A DNA stretch of 63,383 nt, counting the filler, from Chrysochromulina tobinii (lineage: Eukaryota): NCBI GenBank assembly GCA_001275005.1. It is 8 parts of 8 records of this genome, joined end to end, with 100 filler letters (N's around TTAATTAATTAA, not from the genome) between each part and the next. Parts side by side here need not be neighbours in the genome. Positions count along the whole stretch, not along the records: positions 3,898 to 16,949 come from JWZX01000299.1; positions 17,050 to 24,826 come from JWZX01000300.1; 6 more parts are not named here. One strand, written 5' to 3'. Each line of letters begins with the position of its first letter. Positions within the stretch are counted from its first letter, which is position 1. A program made the translations under genes and the position numbers. Shown piece after piece: positions 9,193 through 20,076 of the stretch. The notes beneath the pieces were generated by a model. That model was given only the letters and a program-made list of their open reading frames with translations, ran no database searches and was not told the origin of the DNA.

Positions 9193-12100
9193 TCAAAAAC
9201 CCCACTGTGAAGCGTTGAAACTATGCCTCTCCCAACCCGTGGACACCGCCACGATATATCCGTCACTAGATGCAGACGTCTCGTGCAAGCACTGAGACGC
9301 AGCAAATATCGCTGGCCTCACTCTGCCTGTGCTTGCAATTCCCATAGGGATGGCAAGATCCAGGTCGGACATCAGGATGAAAGCGCCATCCACCGACTCA
9401 CCCTGAACTACAGGGAGTGGAAGACACGCGGATGGGGACAAGTGCTCCCCACCCGATGTCTTCTTGGCCATCACGGAGCAATCTCTGTGGGCATCCATAC
9501 CGGGAGCAGCCGATAGGCTCAGCTCCATCCTGGGGGAGCGCGTTTGCGGACACTTTGCCGCGGCAAGGCTTCGCAACGCCACACGCGGGAAGATACTTTG
9601 CAGCCGGAGCTGCTCGTCATCGCGCACGCTCACGACCGTCGTAGCAGCATCCAAAAGACTCCCAAGATCGTGAGCAAACCGGCACAGGGACATGCGCAAT
9701 GTGGCTTCAAACCATTCGGCTTCCTCAGAACACCCATACTTGGAAGCGAGCTCAAAATAGGCCTTCGTCTCCAAGTGGAACGCGCTCTTGTCCGGAACAT
9801 TCGACGCCGCTTCGTGCACCATGGTGCGAACCCGACCACGCTCGCACTTGGTGTAAACCTGCTTTGCCATGTAAGATGTGCTGCTCGAACCTGGAATAAA
9901 GATTGAGTCGACGCGCGCATCGCGGCGGAGCTGCAGCCTCTCCACCGAGAAGACGCCACTGCTCCCCGCGCACAGTGTCGTGGCAGCGTGAAATGATGGG
10001 TCGACCAATGCCTTGCTGTACATCTGGGCAATCGGAGCAATGCGCCATGCTGCACCAGCTTCACGAGGCATTCCAGGCCAACAGGCAGGCGCCAACCCCC
10101 CCACTATCTGAAGCGTATCTCCACGAATTTCTCCCACGAGAAGACCACAATCGTCCTCAAGAGAGACACCCTGATGCCATGTGCCAGGCACTGCCTTTGT
10201 CCCAGGGGACGCCTCCTTTGGCATGCGCCCCACGACGACGTACCGCACGCCGTTTATGGCCATCTCGGACTGAAAAGGAAGCGGCCCCTGTTCCGACCGG
10301 CGCTCGGCCTGTTGTGCCGCTTTCACCTCGAGCGCTTTGGCTTCAGATGTGTGGTTGGCACACAGATTAGGTCTCCATTCCACTGTCGCCACCACACGTC
10401 GCTTACCATCTCGCACTGCCCAGACAGTCTGCAATTCTCTGCGACACGCACCGCATTGATTGCGTCCGCATTTCAGGCAGAGCTCCAGGCAGAGCTCCAG
10501 AGCGCCACCGCACCGCGTACAGCTGCGATGAGGATCAACCGAGGCCTCAGTGGGAGGAGAGCGGTGAGCCCTGAGAATGGTCTGCCTCTGCTCCACAGCG
10601 GCTGCGCACGAATGCCACTGGGGTCCGTCGCCTTCATGTTCCACGAGCGCAGCGGCTTCCGAGCACTCGTTGATCTTCGCTGCAACTTCATCACGCAAAA
10701 GCTCACGCCCCAGCTCATCAGAGCGCAGCGCTTTGAGCCGCTCTGGTGAGGGCACGCAAACGGACTCCTGCTGACGCTTCATGTCCTGGGCCTTCATCCC
10801 GGCACGAGCGCCCTCTGCAAAAGATTGAGACGCGATTGTAGCTGCTGCTCGCCCCCTTCGTCGTTTCGCCTTGGTAGTGTGCCCTTTTTGCGACGCAGCG
10901 CGCTCATCATTCCGCTTCTGCCCTGCTCCCACTCGATGAGACACAGAAATGCCCTGAGAAGCAGAACTGCCCTGGCCCAGATGCGCCACAAAGGCAGCCG
11001 CGCCCTGATCGACTTGCATGACCGCCTCGCCCTCACCCTCGCCCGCGCCCTCACCCTCATCCTCGTACCCGTCCTCGTTCTCATAGACACACGGAGGTGT
11101 GCAGGCTCCATCAGAGCTCCTGGGTGTGGCAGCAGCCCCATCGAGCTCAGACACCGCGGAGCTCATCACAGCGGCGGCCGCGACAGCGTTGGGCACAGTG
11201 GCCTGCATGCCGCCACGGAGACGCACCACGGAGACGCAATGATGGCGCACGCGCAGATCGGGGAAGGGATCCTCAGCCACATTTTGTTTGGCCACAGCAA
11301 GTCGGGCCGTGACTCCGGGTAGCGCCTTAGATGGAGGAGGTGGTGAGGAGGCTGCCTGGGCCTTGCGGAGATTCATCCTGTGGTGCCGTCGCCGCAGGCA
11401 GCTGCGCAGGCAGAATGGATGCGTCTTGCGCAGGCGCTCGCGGCCGAGAGCGCGCAGCCGCAAGACGTAGCGGCTCAACAGCTCGGTGTGGCGCGTGCTC
11501 GGTGAGGAGGGTGAGCACGGCACGCTAGGGGAGCCGCTGTCGACCGAGCGAGAGAAGGCGGAAGCGGCGAGGGCCTCATTAATCAGCCGCCACTCGGAAG
11601 CCGTCGCCGCGCGCTTCGTGGCGCGAGAGGCACGCCGCCGCGCAAGCCGCTTCGCAAACGCACCGCTCCGCGTCGTCGACGGTATCGAGCCGGGCAACGC
11701 GCTTTGGGAGGGGGGTGGGAGTTTTCGAGCGGGCGGAATCAAGCCCGGCAGAGCAGTCGCGTTCGTGCGGCTAATCCACTGGATGAGCCGGACGAACACT
11801 GCGATGCGCAAAATGCACAGCTTGCGCAAGATGAACCAGATACACAAGATGCTGATGGCGATTTCCACGGCGCGGTAGACCACGTGTGCGACAGCGGTAG
11901 TCTTGCTCGCCTCTCCGCCTGCCGCCGCCTTCGTGCCGTCCTCCTCCTTGTCGTCGAGCACCAGCGAGCCGACGCCGCTGGCGATCGCTCGTGTGAGTGT
12001 AATGCCAGAGCCGGCATTTGGCACGGAGAGCCCGGCACTCACAATGGGGGTGATAACTGTGACGATAGTCCCAATGGCGATGGTTGGTGCGGACGTCGTC

Positions 12101-12567
12101 GTCACCCCAAAGAAGGAGCTCACCGCGAACGTCTCCGCAAACACGGAGGTAGACAGCATTAGCTCGCCGTCGGTAGTGGCGCTCGCCGTCGGCGTGCTCT
12201 CGATGATGGTCACCTGGGTAGACGCCGGGCTCGCTGTCACATTGATAATGCTTCGCACGGCGGAATAGGAAGCGCAAACAGTGGGGTACATTGTGAAGTA
12301 GTTGCACGGCACGGGAAAGTCCCTCGAGTACAACAAGCCGCTGTTGATCAACTGATTGGTGCAGAACGGCTGTGGTTCCGGTGGAGGCGCTTGGTTGCGG
12401 GGGCCAAAATCCACGCAGTCCATTCCGAAGGCGCAGTCAAAGTACTGTCGGCCCGGGCCACCGTCGTCGCAATTTCCGTCTGAGCCGTATTTGCAGGTGT
12501 TGGTGCTAGTCTGCCCCGCGGCTTGAAGCACGAGGCTGAGTACAAAGCCAACGACCATCTTCAGCAT
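9193..12567 (-). CDS. Intronless chimeric protein: signal peptide, Cys-rich CDDGGPG module, TM helix, internal RLRGG, Cys cluster, C-terminal TET/JBP-like 2OG-Fe(II) dioxygenase fold
   Basis: Open frame of 1271 codons; likely ATG 12567 (MLKMVVGFVLSLVLQAAG). Motifs: CKYGSDGNCDDGGPGRQYFDCAFGMDCVDFGPR; TM AVEIAISILCIWFIL; CTRC..CLKC..CGAC; AHRD (9481-9492); IFAASQCLHETS (His 9283-9285). Confidence 0.55.
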   Translation of the reverse strand: MLKMVVGFVLSLVLQAAGQTSTNTCKYGSDGNCDDGGPGRQYFDCAFGMDCVDFGPRNQAPPPEPQPFCTNQLINSGLLYSRDFPVPCNYFTMYPTVCASYSAVRSIINVTASPASTQVTIIESTPTASATTDGELMLSTSVFAETFAVSSFFGVTTTSAPTIAIGTIVTVITPIVSAGLSVPNAGSGITLTRAIASGVGSLVLDDKEEDGTKAAAGGEASKTTAVAHVVYRAVEIAISILCIWFILRKLCILRIAVFVRLIQWISRTNATALPGLIPPARKLPPPSQSALPGSIPSTTRSGAFAKRLARRRASRATKRAATASEWRLINEALAASAFSRSVDSGSPSVPCSPSSPSTRHTELLSRYVLRLRALGRERLRKTHPFCLRSCLRRRHHRMNLRKAQAASSPPPPSKALPGVTARLAVAKQNVAEDPFPDLRVRHHCVSVVRLRGGMQATVPNAVAAAAVMSSAVSELDGAAATPRSSDGACTPPCVYENEDGYEDEGEGAGEGEGEAVMQVDQGAAAFVAHLGQGSSASQGISVSHRVGAGQKRNDERAASQKGHTTKAKRRRGRAAATIASQSFAEGARAGMKAQDMKRQQESVCVPSPERLKALRSDELGRELLRDEVAAKINECSEAAALVEHEGDGPQWHSCAAAVEQRQTILRAHRSPPTEASVDPHRSCTRCGGALELCLELCLKCGRNQCGACRRELQTVWAVRDGKRRVVATVEWRPNLCANHTSEAKALEVKAAQQAERRSEQGPLPFQSEMAINGVRYVVVGRMPKEASPGTKAVPGTWHQGVSLEDDCGLLVGEIRGDTLQIVGGLAPACWPGMPREAGAAWRIAPIAQMYSKALVDPSFHAATTLCAGSSGVFSVERLQLRRDARVDSIFIPGSSSTSYMAKQVYTKCERGRVRTMVHEAASNVPDKSAFHLETKAYFELASKYGCSEEAEWFEATLRMSLCRFAHDLGSLLDAATTVVSVRDDEQLRLQSIFPRVALRSLAAAKCPQTRSPRMELSLSAAPGMDAHRDCSVMAKKTSGGEHLSPSACLPLPVVQGESVDGAFILMSDLDLAIPMGIASTGRVRPAIFAASQCLHETSASSDGYIVAVSTGWERHSFNASQWGF

Positions 12568-12739
12568 GTTGTGAAGCGGGTACGCGCGCACAACGCGCGC
12601 CGATTCGTCTTTTGGCTGGCAAGGCACGCGCGAAAGCGCTCGCACCGCGCGCCCGGCGTGCGAAACTTGGGAGCAACACTTGTACCGGGTACCGGCAAAA
12701 GACTTCCCCCGTCGTCTTTTTACCGGCAAAAGACACCTG

Positions 12740-12900
12740 GGGGAGCCGGGACACACACGGGACACACACGCCGTAGCACCGGTTGTCGCGTTTGTCGTGT
12801 TAACGTTCACACACGGGACACACACACGGGACACGCGCTCACGCGGGCGCACATCAGGTAAGGAGCCGGGACACACACGGGACACACACGGGACACACGG
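12740..12900 (+). repeat. Dispersed GGGACACACAC-type repeats with a duplicated GGAGCCGGGACACACACGGGACACACACG block
   Basis: Block visible at ~12742 and ~12862, with further units at ~12810-12835. Confidence 0.8.
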
Positions 12901-14421
12901 TTCACACAGACGAACCTCACGCCATCCAAACCCACCTACCACCAATTGTACTGCACATCTACATGTACCGGTTTCATGTACCGAAAATGACCTCCAATAG
13001 TCTAACAATAGTCAATCAGTCAGTCAGTCAGTTTTGTCGCGATCCCCACGCGCTCACCACACCACCATCTCAAAGGACGGCTCCGCTCCCCTCGGTCAAC
13101 ACCCTACACAACTCCAGTCGATGAGTAGTAGTATACTCTCCGAGCTCGACAGCATGCTCGAGCCTCGACGCTCTCGGGCGAACGATCCGGGCTAGATCGG
13201 GCGTTATTAGCCGTTACCCTGATGAAGCGTACTGCACACAGTACAATGAATCAATGTCACAGTAGCAATGCACAATAGTCTACTCGAACCACATTTCGAA
13301 GGGCCAAGGTTGAAATACAAAACCCCCCTCCACCGCTCTCGCTTTCCCACGACCCGCGACTGAAACGTGGACATGCTTGGACTGGCCAGGCAAACACAAC
13401 CCCGAGAACCCCCTCTGTACTCGCAACTCGCTCTGCTCACGGCTCACTACTCTTCAAACATCTGGACGAGGACGGAAAGAGCTTGGCCCGTCGTCAGCCC
13501 CTTTGCCTTGATTTTGAGGCCGGGGACCATCGCCTTGGCGGCCTCCGGCGGGTAGAAGCGGTGATTGTGTGACCCTCCGCCTGTCCCTTTGTCAGCTCCG
13601 ACACCGGTGGGCTCGGAGTGGTTGTGGCGCCAACCAGCTTGGTGAGCAGCCCCCGAGATGAGCCGTGGGTCATCGACGCCTTCGTCGCCGTACATCTGAC
13701 AATTTTAGGATTCGAACGAGCAGCAAACCGTCAAGCGCAGCGGCAAGATAGTGGGTGCGCGGCAAGCGAGTACCTCAAAAAGTTTGCTCATGAACTTTCT
13801 GTATTGCTGCGAGAACATGGACAGCGGCTTCTCCTTCTTGGAGTAGCGTGTCGCGAGGGGCTTATACCCATTCCCAACTCCGCCGAGACCTCCCACGTAC
13901 TTCTTGAACTCGACGCACGTATTCTTGTGGCCGCCCCATTCGGGCTTCGTGAGGACCGCCCTGTCCCACTCTTCGTCTGCAAGCCTCGCGCGCTTGGCCT
14001 TCTTGGCTTCGCAAGAGTCTCCACCACATCGGTCGTCATCACCACCGACGCTCATCACCACCCTCGAGGAGCGGCTTCGAATTCGTGGATTATGGGCGGT
14101 GCTAATGTCGGAACTTCCGTGTTCCGGCCGTCAGTGTTCACAGCCAATGTTTAGAATTAGACACCCTGGTTCACAAGCCAAAGTCTCTCGTAATGTAGTG
14201 GCTATTATGAACCGGTAAAAATCGACGATGCTGTTGTAAAGAGAGGGAGGATTTTGAATGGTGCAGATCGAGAACGAGCCAACAAGACCTCTTTATTTTT
14301 GCTCGACTGTAGCCTTCACACGGAAGAAGTTTCCCTTCATCCTTGAACGAAACCTTCATTTTGATGATGGAGCCAGCCTCCGCCCGAACGGCATCAGGTC
14401 TCACTCCCCTTCTAGCCCGAC

Positions 14422-16125
14422 ATGCGAGGCGTCCTTCACATCATCGTAGACGATCTGCGCCCGGAGCTCGGCGCGTATGGCCTCACCGGGCGTGCAACGC
14501 CGAACATCGACAGCCTCGCGACCACGGGTGTAACGTTTGACCGTGCATACGCCCAGATCGCCGTATGTGGCCCCTCTCGCAATAGCTTCATGACGGGCCG
14601 CAGACCGGACCGCTCGCGCTCCTGGAACTTCATCAATTCGTTTCGCGAGGATCATCCTGATTGGACGACACTGCCGGGCCTATTCCTCAAGGCGGGTGGC
14701 GTGGCGCTTGGGGTCGGCAAGGTGTTCCACCCGATGCTGCCGCCCGCGTATGATGGGCCCTCCTCATGGAGCTCCTCGGCACTGCCGTATTTCAACCCGT
14801 GCTGGAACACGGCCGATCTTCCCGAGGCGGTTCACGCATGCGCGGGTAAGGCACAGTCCGCCAAGTGCGACGGCGGCCTCCCCTGCGTGCCATGCCCGAT
14901 CGACATTCAGAACGGGTTCGACAAGTGGCGTTCCGGGCACGGGAACAACGTGAGTGTTGCCAATGAGTTCTGCGAGATCGACGCCATTGAGGATATACGC
15001 ACCGTCGAGCACGCCATCGCGCACTTGCGCGGAGAGGCTGTGGCGGCTGCCGTTGCCGCGGGTCTGCCCTGGTACCTTGGCGTCGGCATGCACAAGCCGC
15101 ATATGCCATGGCAGGCGGCGCCGCACGACTGGTCACAGCATCCGCTCGAGTCGATCGAGCTGCCCACGCATCAACAGCCTCCCATCGGCATGCCCGCGCT
15201 CGCATACCATTTTAGTGATCCAGTCGACGGCCACATAGACCCATGGACTCCGCTGCCCCCTCACGACGTACGTGCGGCGCGCCGTGCGTACCGTGCCGCG
15301 ACAACAGGCATGGACCGCAAGTTGGGTGCGCTGCTCACAGAGCTCGATGTGTTGAGGCTCACCGCGAGTACGGCGGTCGTGCTGCACGGGGACCATGGCT
15401 GGCATTTGGGCGAGGGCGGCGCGTGGCAAAAGTTCACCAATTTTGAGGCGGCGACCCGCGTGCCCCTCATCATCCGTGCTCCGTGGCTCATCAGCGCTCC
15501 TCAAGACACGTCAAGGGTTCTCAGTGGCGGCGCCATCTGGACGGATGGCGGGACGAGCAGCACAGACGGGACAGGTGGTGCAGGGCTGGTGGCGCCCAGG
15601 GCCGCCTCGCTTGTAGAGCTGGTCGACGTGTTGCCCACCATTGCGGCGCTTGCAGGCGTAGCATTGCCCGCCAACGAGACCTTTGATGGTGCCTCGATGG
15701 TGCCACTGCTGAAGGCGGCCCTGGGCGGAGGGACTAGCCCCGCCGCCGCAGGCTGGATCGATAAGGCGGCAGCCTTCTCGCAGTACCCTCGACGAGTGAC
15801 TGACCCGTTACGGCCGTGGTATGACAATTCGATCATCCACAACAACCGGTCGACGTTCACGCACATGGGCTACACAGCACGCGCCGTTGGGTGGAGGTAC
15901 GTCGAGTGGGTGGCATGGAATAGCACGACACTCGCTCCTGAATGGGACCACGTGGCAGCGCGGGAACTCTACGACCACCGGCTTGAGCCGAGCTTCCCAA
16001 CGGACTTCGATGCGGGCGAGCTCGTCAACCTGGCCGACGAGCCCGAGTACAACACCACGGTCGCAAACCTGTCGAGGCTTGTGCGTGAGCAGTTCGGAGC
16101 AGTTCGGGAGGTAGAATTCTTGTGA
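14422..16125 (+). CDS. Formylglycine-dependent (S1) sulfatase, iduronate-2-sulfatase-like
   Basis: VLHIIVDDLRP, CGPSRNSFMTGR (CxPxR), GKVFH, HKPHMPW, GDHGWHLGE, ELYD motifs. No signal peptide; a pyrimidine-rich TAG at 14413-14415 may be an acceptor for an upstream exon. Confidence 0.9.
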   Translation: MRGVLHIIVDDLRPELGAYGLTGRATPNIDSLATTGVTFDRAYAQIAVCGPSRNSFMTGRRPDRSRSWNFINSFREDHPDWTTLPGLFLKAGGVALGVGKVFHPMLPPAYDGPSSWSSSALPYFNPCWNTADLPEAVHACAGKAQSAKCDGGLPCVPCPIDIQNGFDKWRSGHGNNVSVANEFCEIDAIEDIRTVEHAIAHLRGEAVAAAVAAGLPWYLGVGMHKPHMPWQAAPHDWSQHPLESIELPTHQQPPIGMPALAYHFSDPVDGHIDPWTPLPPHDVRAARRAYRAATTGMDRKLGALLTELDVLRLTASTAVVLHGDHGWHLGEGGAWQKFTNFEAATRVPLIIRAPWLISAPQDTSRVLSGGAIWTDGGTSSTDGTGGAGLVAPRAASLVELVDVLPTIAALAGVALPANETFDGASMVPLLKAALGGGTSPAAAGWIDKAAAFSQYPRRVTDPLRPWYDNSIIHNNRSTFTHMGYTARAVGWRYVEWVAWNSTTLAPEWDHVAARELYDHRLEPSFPTDFDAGELVNLADEPEYNTTVANLSRLVREQFGAVREVEFL

Positions 16126-16390
16126 GCGGAGCGAGACGCGTCCGATGATCAATGACAAGTCGACTCTATTTCGAATTATCTTCTAAGAGTTCTTGCGATG
16201 GATCCATTGGATGGATCCAAGCAGAATTTTGCCGAAACACGCCTCGAGACTCTCACAGCCACGACATAACCGGGGCGGGTCGCGGGATAAAGTCGATACG
16301 GACATACAAGATCCGTGATTCCGGTTTCCGCCGCCAAACGCCGGTCGCCGCCGCCAACCGCCGCCGCCAAAACCGCCGCGCCTCGTCTCA

Positions 16391-16707
16391 TCACTTCTTC
16401 TTCGCGTCCGTCGTCACGTTGAACTTGAAAAAGATGATGTCCTTGTCCAGCACGACATAATTCTTGCCCTCCTGCCGGTACTTGCCCGCCTCCTTCACAG
16501 CCGCCTCGGAGCAGCCATTTTCCTTCCAGTCCTTGAAGTTGTAAACTTCGGCCTTGATGAATCCGCGCTCAAAGTCTGAGTGGATGACGCCCGCCGCCTT
16601 GGGTGCCATCCAGCCGTTGCGGATGGTCCAGGCGCGCACTTCGGTGGGCCCCAACGTAAAATAGAAGATGAGCTGCAGCGTGTGGTACCCATCGACCACG
16701 ATCTTGC
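16391..16707 (-). CDS. OLA1: Obg-like ATPase OLA1/YchF, last exon (TGS domain); gene truncated by contig end
   Basis: [40 protein letters not shown]...[24 protein letters not shown]. Acceptor AG at 16708-16709. Confidence 0.95.
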
Positions 16708-16779
16708 CTGAGGACGGAGAGAAGGACGGAGAGAGCGTCGGGAAGGGCCTCAGGGAGGCCTAAGGGAGGCCATCCGAGG

Positions 16780-16949
16780 AGGGGCCATCCGAGGCGATCC
16801 GAGGCGCGATCACGAGGCGATCAAGAGGCGATCAAGAGGCGATCAAGAGATGATCAAGAGACCATCAAGAGGCCATCGAGAGGTCATCAAGAGGCCATCG
16901 AGAGGTCATCAAGAGGCCATCGAGAGGCCATCGAGAGGCTATCAAGAGG
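16780..16949 (-). repeat. Intronic 10-11-bp array (TGATGGCCTC/TGATCGCCTC/TGATGACCTC variants) in the OLA1 intron
   Basis: GAGGCGATCA, GAGGCCATCG and GAGGTCATCA units on +, running into the assembly gap. Confidence 0.85.
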
Positions 16950-17049
16950 NNNNNNNNNNNNNNNNNNNNNNNNNNNNNNNNNNNNNNNNNNNNTTAATTA
17001 ATTAANNNNNNNNNNNNNNNNNNNNNNNNNNNNNNNNNNNNNNNNNNNN
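16950..17049. other. Artificial contig spacer
   Basis: N44-TTAATTAATTAA-N44. Confidence 0.99.
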
Positions 17050-17055
17050 CGGGGT

Positions 17056-17086
<31 letters not shown>

Positions 17087-19216
17087 GAAGATGAGCTCTC
17101 CACAAGCGAGCGAACGGCGGCGAGGGCCGCCCAAGGAGCGGCGAGGGCCGCCGCCGCCGCCGTGGGCACTTCGATCCCGGTGACAGGACGCGCCGCAGCC
17201 CTCTCTCGAGGACCATCCTCCCTTTCCCTTCTTGCTGGCACCTCGCCTCTTCCTGGCAGCCCTGCCTCCGCTGCCTTGACCGCCGGCGCGGCCTTGCCAG
17301 TCGGCTTTCCCTCGCTCCCGCGCTGGACTATCCCACAGCTGCGCTCGGCGCTCGAGGTCGCCGGCGCCGCCCTGCCGCCTCGCGACGCATACGAACGCAG
17401 CGCTCTCGAGAGCCTCGCCCTAGAGCGAGGGCTGATCTCGCGCGCCGTGACGAGCACATCTCCTGAGGCGGCCGCGAGCGCCGCCGAAGGCGCCGACGGC
17501 TCCATCGGCTCCAACGGCTCCTTCGCCGCCGCCGCCGCTGCTGGTGCGCACATCAGCGCCTCGGCTGCGCCACTGCAGGTGATGGACTTTACAAGAGGGG
17601 GGGCGCGGGTGGGGGGTCGATCGCCGGCGTCGTCCTCACAAATGGCAGGCTCGCATGCCCAGCATGTGCCGCCCCTCGTCATCGCCGTCCCTTCCACGGA
17701 CGCGACGCCACCAGGCTCGCCCCGCGGCTCAGCGCCGTATCGAGCACCCCTCGGCTCTCCACCCCCTGCATCTCTAAGTGCTCAGCGCCGTATCGAGCGC
17801 CTCTCTTGGATGCAGAAAGCCATGCCACCGCCCTCCATGGCCTGGTCGGAGCTCTATGCCATTGCCGCCGCGGCCGCAGGCAGTGGGGAGCACTGGCAAG
17901 GCCTCCCGCAGAGCAGGATCGTCGACAGCCGCGTCGGGATGCTGATGGCAGCCGCGGGCGGCTCAGCCGCGGTGCAGGGTGCAAGCAACCGTCCTTATTC
18001 GGGCGAGGAGGACGAGGACGAGGACGAGGACGATGAGGACGACGAGGACGACGAGGACGACGAGGACGAGGACGGCGAGAGCGTCTCGCGCGCGGCGCAC
18101 ACGGCGCCCATAGACGTGGCCATCGCTGCCTGCGTGGTGCAGCCGATCGAGCAGACGCACATGTGGCTCGGGCACGCGTCGGTGATGCTCATGCTTCACG
18201 AGCATCGTCTGCGGCCGCTCCTCGGGGCTCTGCGCCGCTTCGCCCTCGGCGGCTCGGCGGACTTTGGCACGGCCCTGGTCGACTCGTTGCAAGAGGACCT
18301 GCGCAAGGGAAGGTCCCTGACCTCCCGCAGGCACGGCGTGCTCCGGCGGGCGCTCGATACGGCGCTCCGACTCTCGGAGGTCGATGACGAGAGCGGCGAG
18401 GAGCTCGCGCCGTATGCAGCGACGCTGGCGCTCGTGTGTGCGCCAGACGAGGGCGCTGGGCTCGGTGGGGGCGCTAACGCTCACGACGGCGCGAACGCTG
18501 GGACGGCGGCTGGCGCTGGGCGGCTGGCGGCGTCCGCAGCGACGAGCGGGGCGTCTCCAGAGGAACTCAGGCACCGCATCGGCGCTTTCGACGCGCTGCG
18601 CCTCGAGCTGCCCATCCCGGCGCCGTTGGATGCGGTCATCAGTGCAAAGGCGATGGACCAGTACGCAAACCTCTTCCGTCTCATCCTGCGCGTGCGGCGC
18701 GCGGCGGCCGCGCTCAGCGCGATCTGGACGACCCTGCAGCACGAGCACAAGCCGCACGACCACCAGGGCCGGGGCGACCTCGAGGAGGCGCATGCGTGGC
18801 ATTTGCTCCGGCTGCACGTGCACGAGCTGCGCCACTTTGTGAACAGCATGCAGGCGCACTTCATCGCGTACGTGTGTGGCCACTGCTACACAGAGCTTGA
18901 GAGCGCCATCGTGAGCGCCACGTCCGTGCGCGAGCTACATGCGGCGCACGACGCCTACCTGCACGCAGCGACGAGCCGTTGCCTCTTGCATGCCGCCGGG
19001 CTGCCCACCGCCTCACTGATCACCGCGGTGCTCGCCCTGGTCCTGTCCCTTCATCGTGAGGTGTGCACCGAGGGAGCGCTACCCGTCGGCGCGGCTTGGG
19101 CCGGCCTCGTCGACGCGTCGCGCCGCCAATTCGCGATGCTCGTGAGTGCGCTCGCGCGCCAGCCGCTCACGCCGCATGAGCTCGTGGCCCACCAAGTGCA
19201 CGTAGGGCTGACCTGA
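17050..19216 (+). CDS. Gamma-tubulin complex component (Spc97/Spc98 GCP family, GCP5/6-like), 5' truncated
   Basis: C-terminal GRIP2 motifs FDALRLELPIPAPLDAVIS..MDQYANLFRLILRVRRA..L..IW, LRHFVNSMQAHF and ELHAAHDAYLHAATSRCLL, preceded by a long low-complexity insert. Confidence 0.8.
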
Positions 19217-19429
19217 GCCTCCGCTGAGTTTGACATGCGCAAACACGCAAACGTGTTGCGGTTTCAAATTTGTATCTTCTATTTAGCGTCCCTGTTGCCT
19301 GTGGGGACTGTGGGAAACTAAATAGACATGCAAAAAGCTCGAGGGGCGCCGAGAAGAGTCAGAAGACGCACGAACGAGCACATCCCAACCCAAAGCCCAC
19401 CCCCCCTGCCGCAAAGCACCCCTCAACCA

Positions 19430-20031
19430 ATGTGGGCGTGCCAAGTATGCACTCTCGAGCAATCCGACAGGAGGCAGACGTGCGCCGCATGCCTGTCGGT
19501 TCGCCCCGACGCGATATCAACAGAATATCTAGAGCATCTCTCATCCATGTCCGGGTTTCGGAACTACAAGGATTTGGCCAAGAAATTCTCGTCCAAGAAG
19601 ATCCGAGGGCGCGTCGACGCGATGAGCAACAAGCCGTGCCCTCTGCACGATCAAGGCCGGAAACGGCCGTGTATGCAGGCGAACAACCCCCTCGACATCT
19701 GCGTGCACTTCCAGCCCAATCGGAGCAGGTGTGCGCCGCCGCCGAGCGTGTGTCTCCCACCTGCACGCACCGCTCGCCGCGCGTTCACGCCCGCTTGCTC
19801 GCTCGCGTTCGCAGATCCACGTCAGCGCTGCATGCGCCGCCCGTGCCGCTACACGACGATGGCATGGAGGGTACAGACGAGCTGGCGTGCGGGGCCAGGG
19901 GCTCTGATATGGCGCCCGATCGCGTTCTGGCCGACACTGGCACCGGAGCAACAGAGGCGGCCTCCGTTGCATCGACCCACAGGGACGTACTGGTAGGCGA
20001 GAGCGCCGGTGAGGGCGCTGGCGGCGGAGAG

Positions 20032-20076
<45 letters not shown>

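Noticed and set aside
13200..14404. Short - strand ORFs (13447-13695, 13705-14061, 14171-14404) that may be a decayed gene
   Set aside because: No recognisable family; interrupted by stops.
17963..18883. Many long antisense or alternate-frame ORFs (also 19849-21003, 23607-24878, 28276-29616, 32992-34101)
   Set aside because: Shadows of real genes caused by high GC3 and scarce stop codons; no independent motifs.
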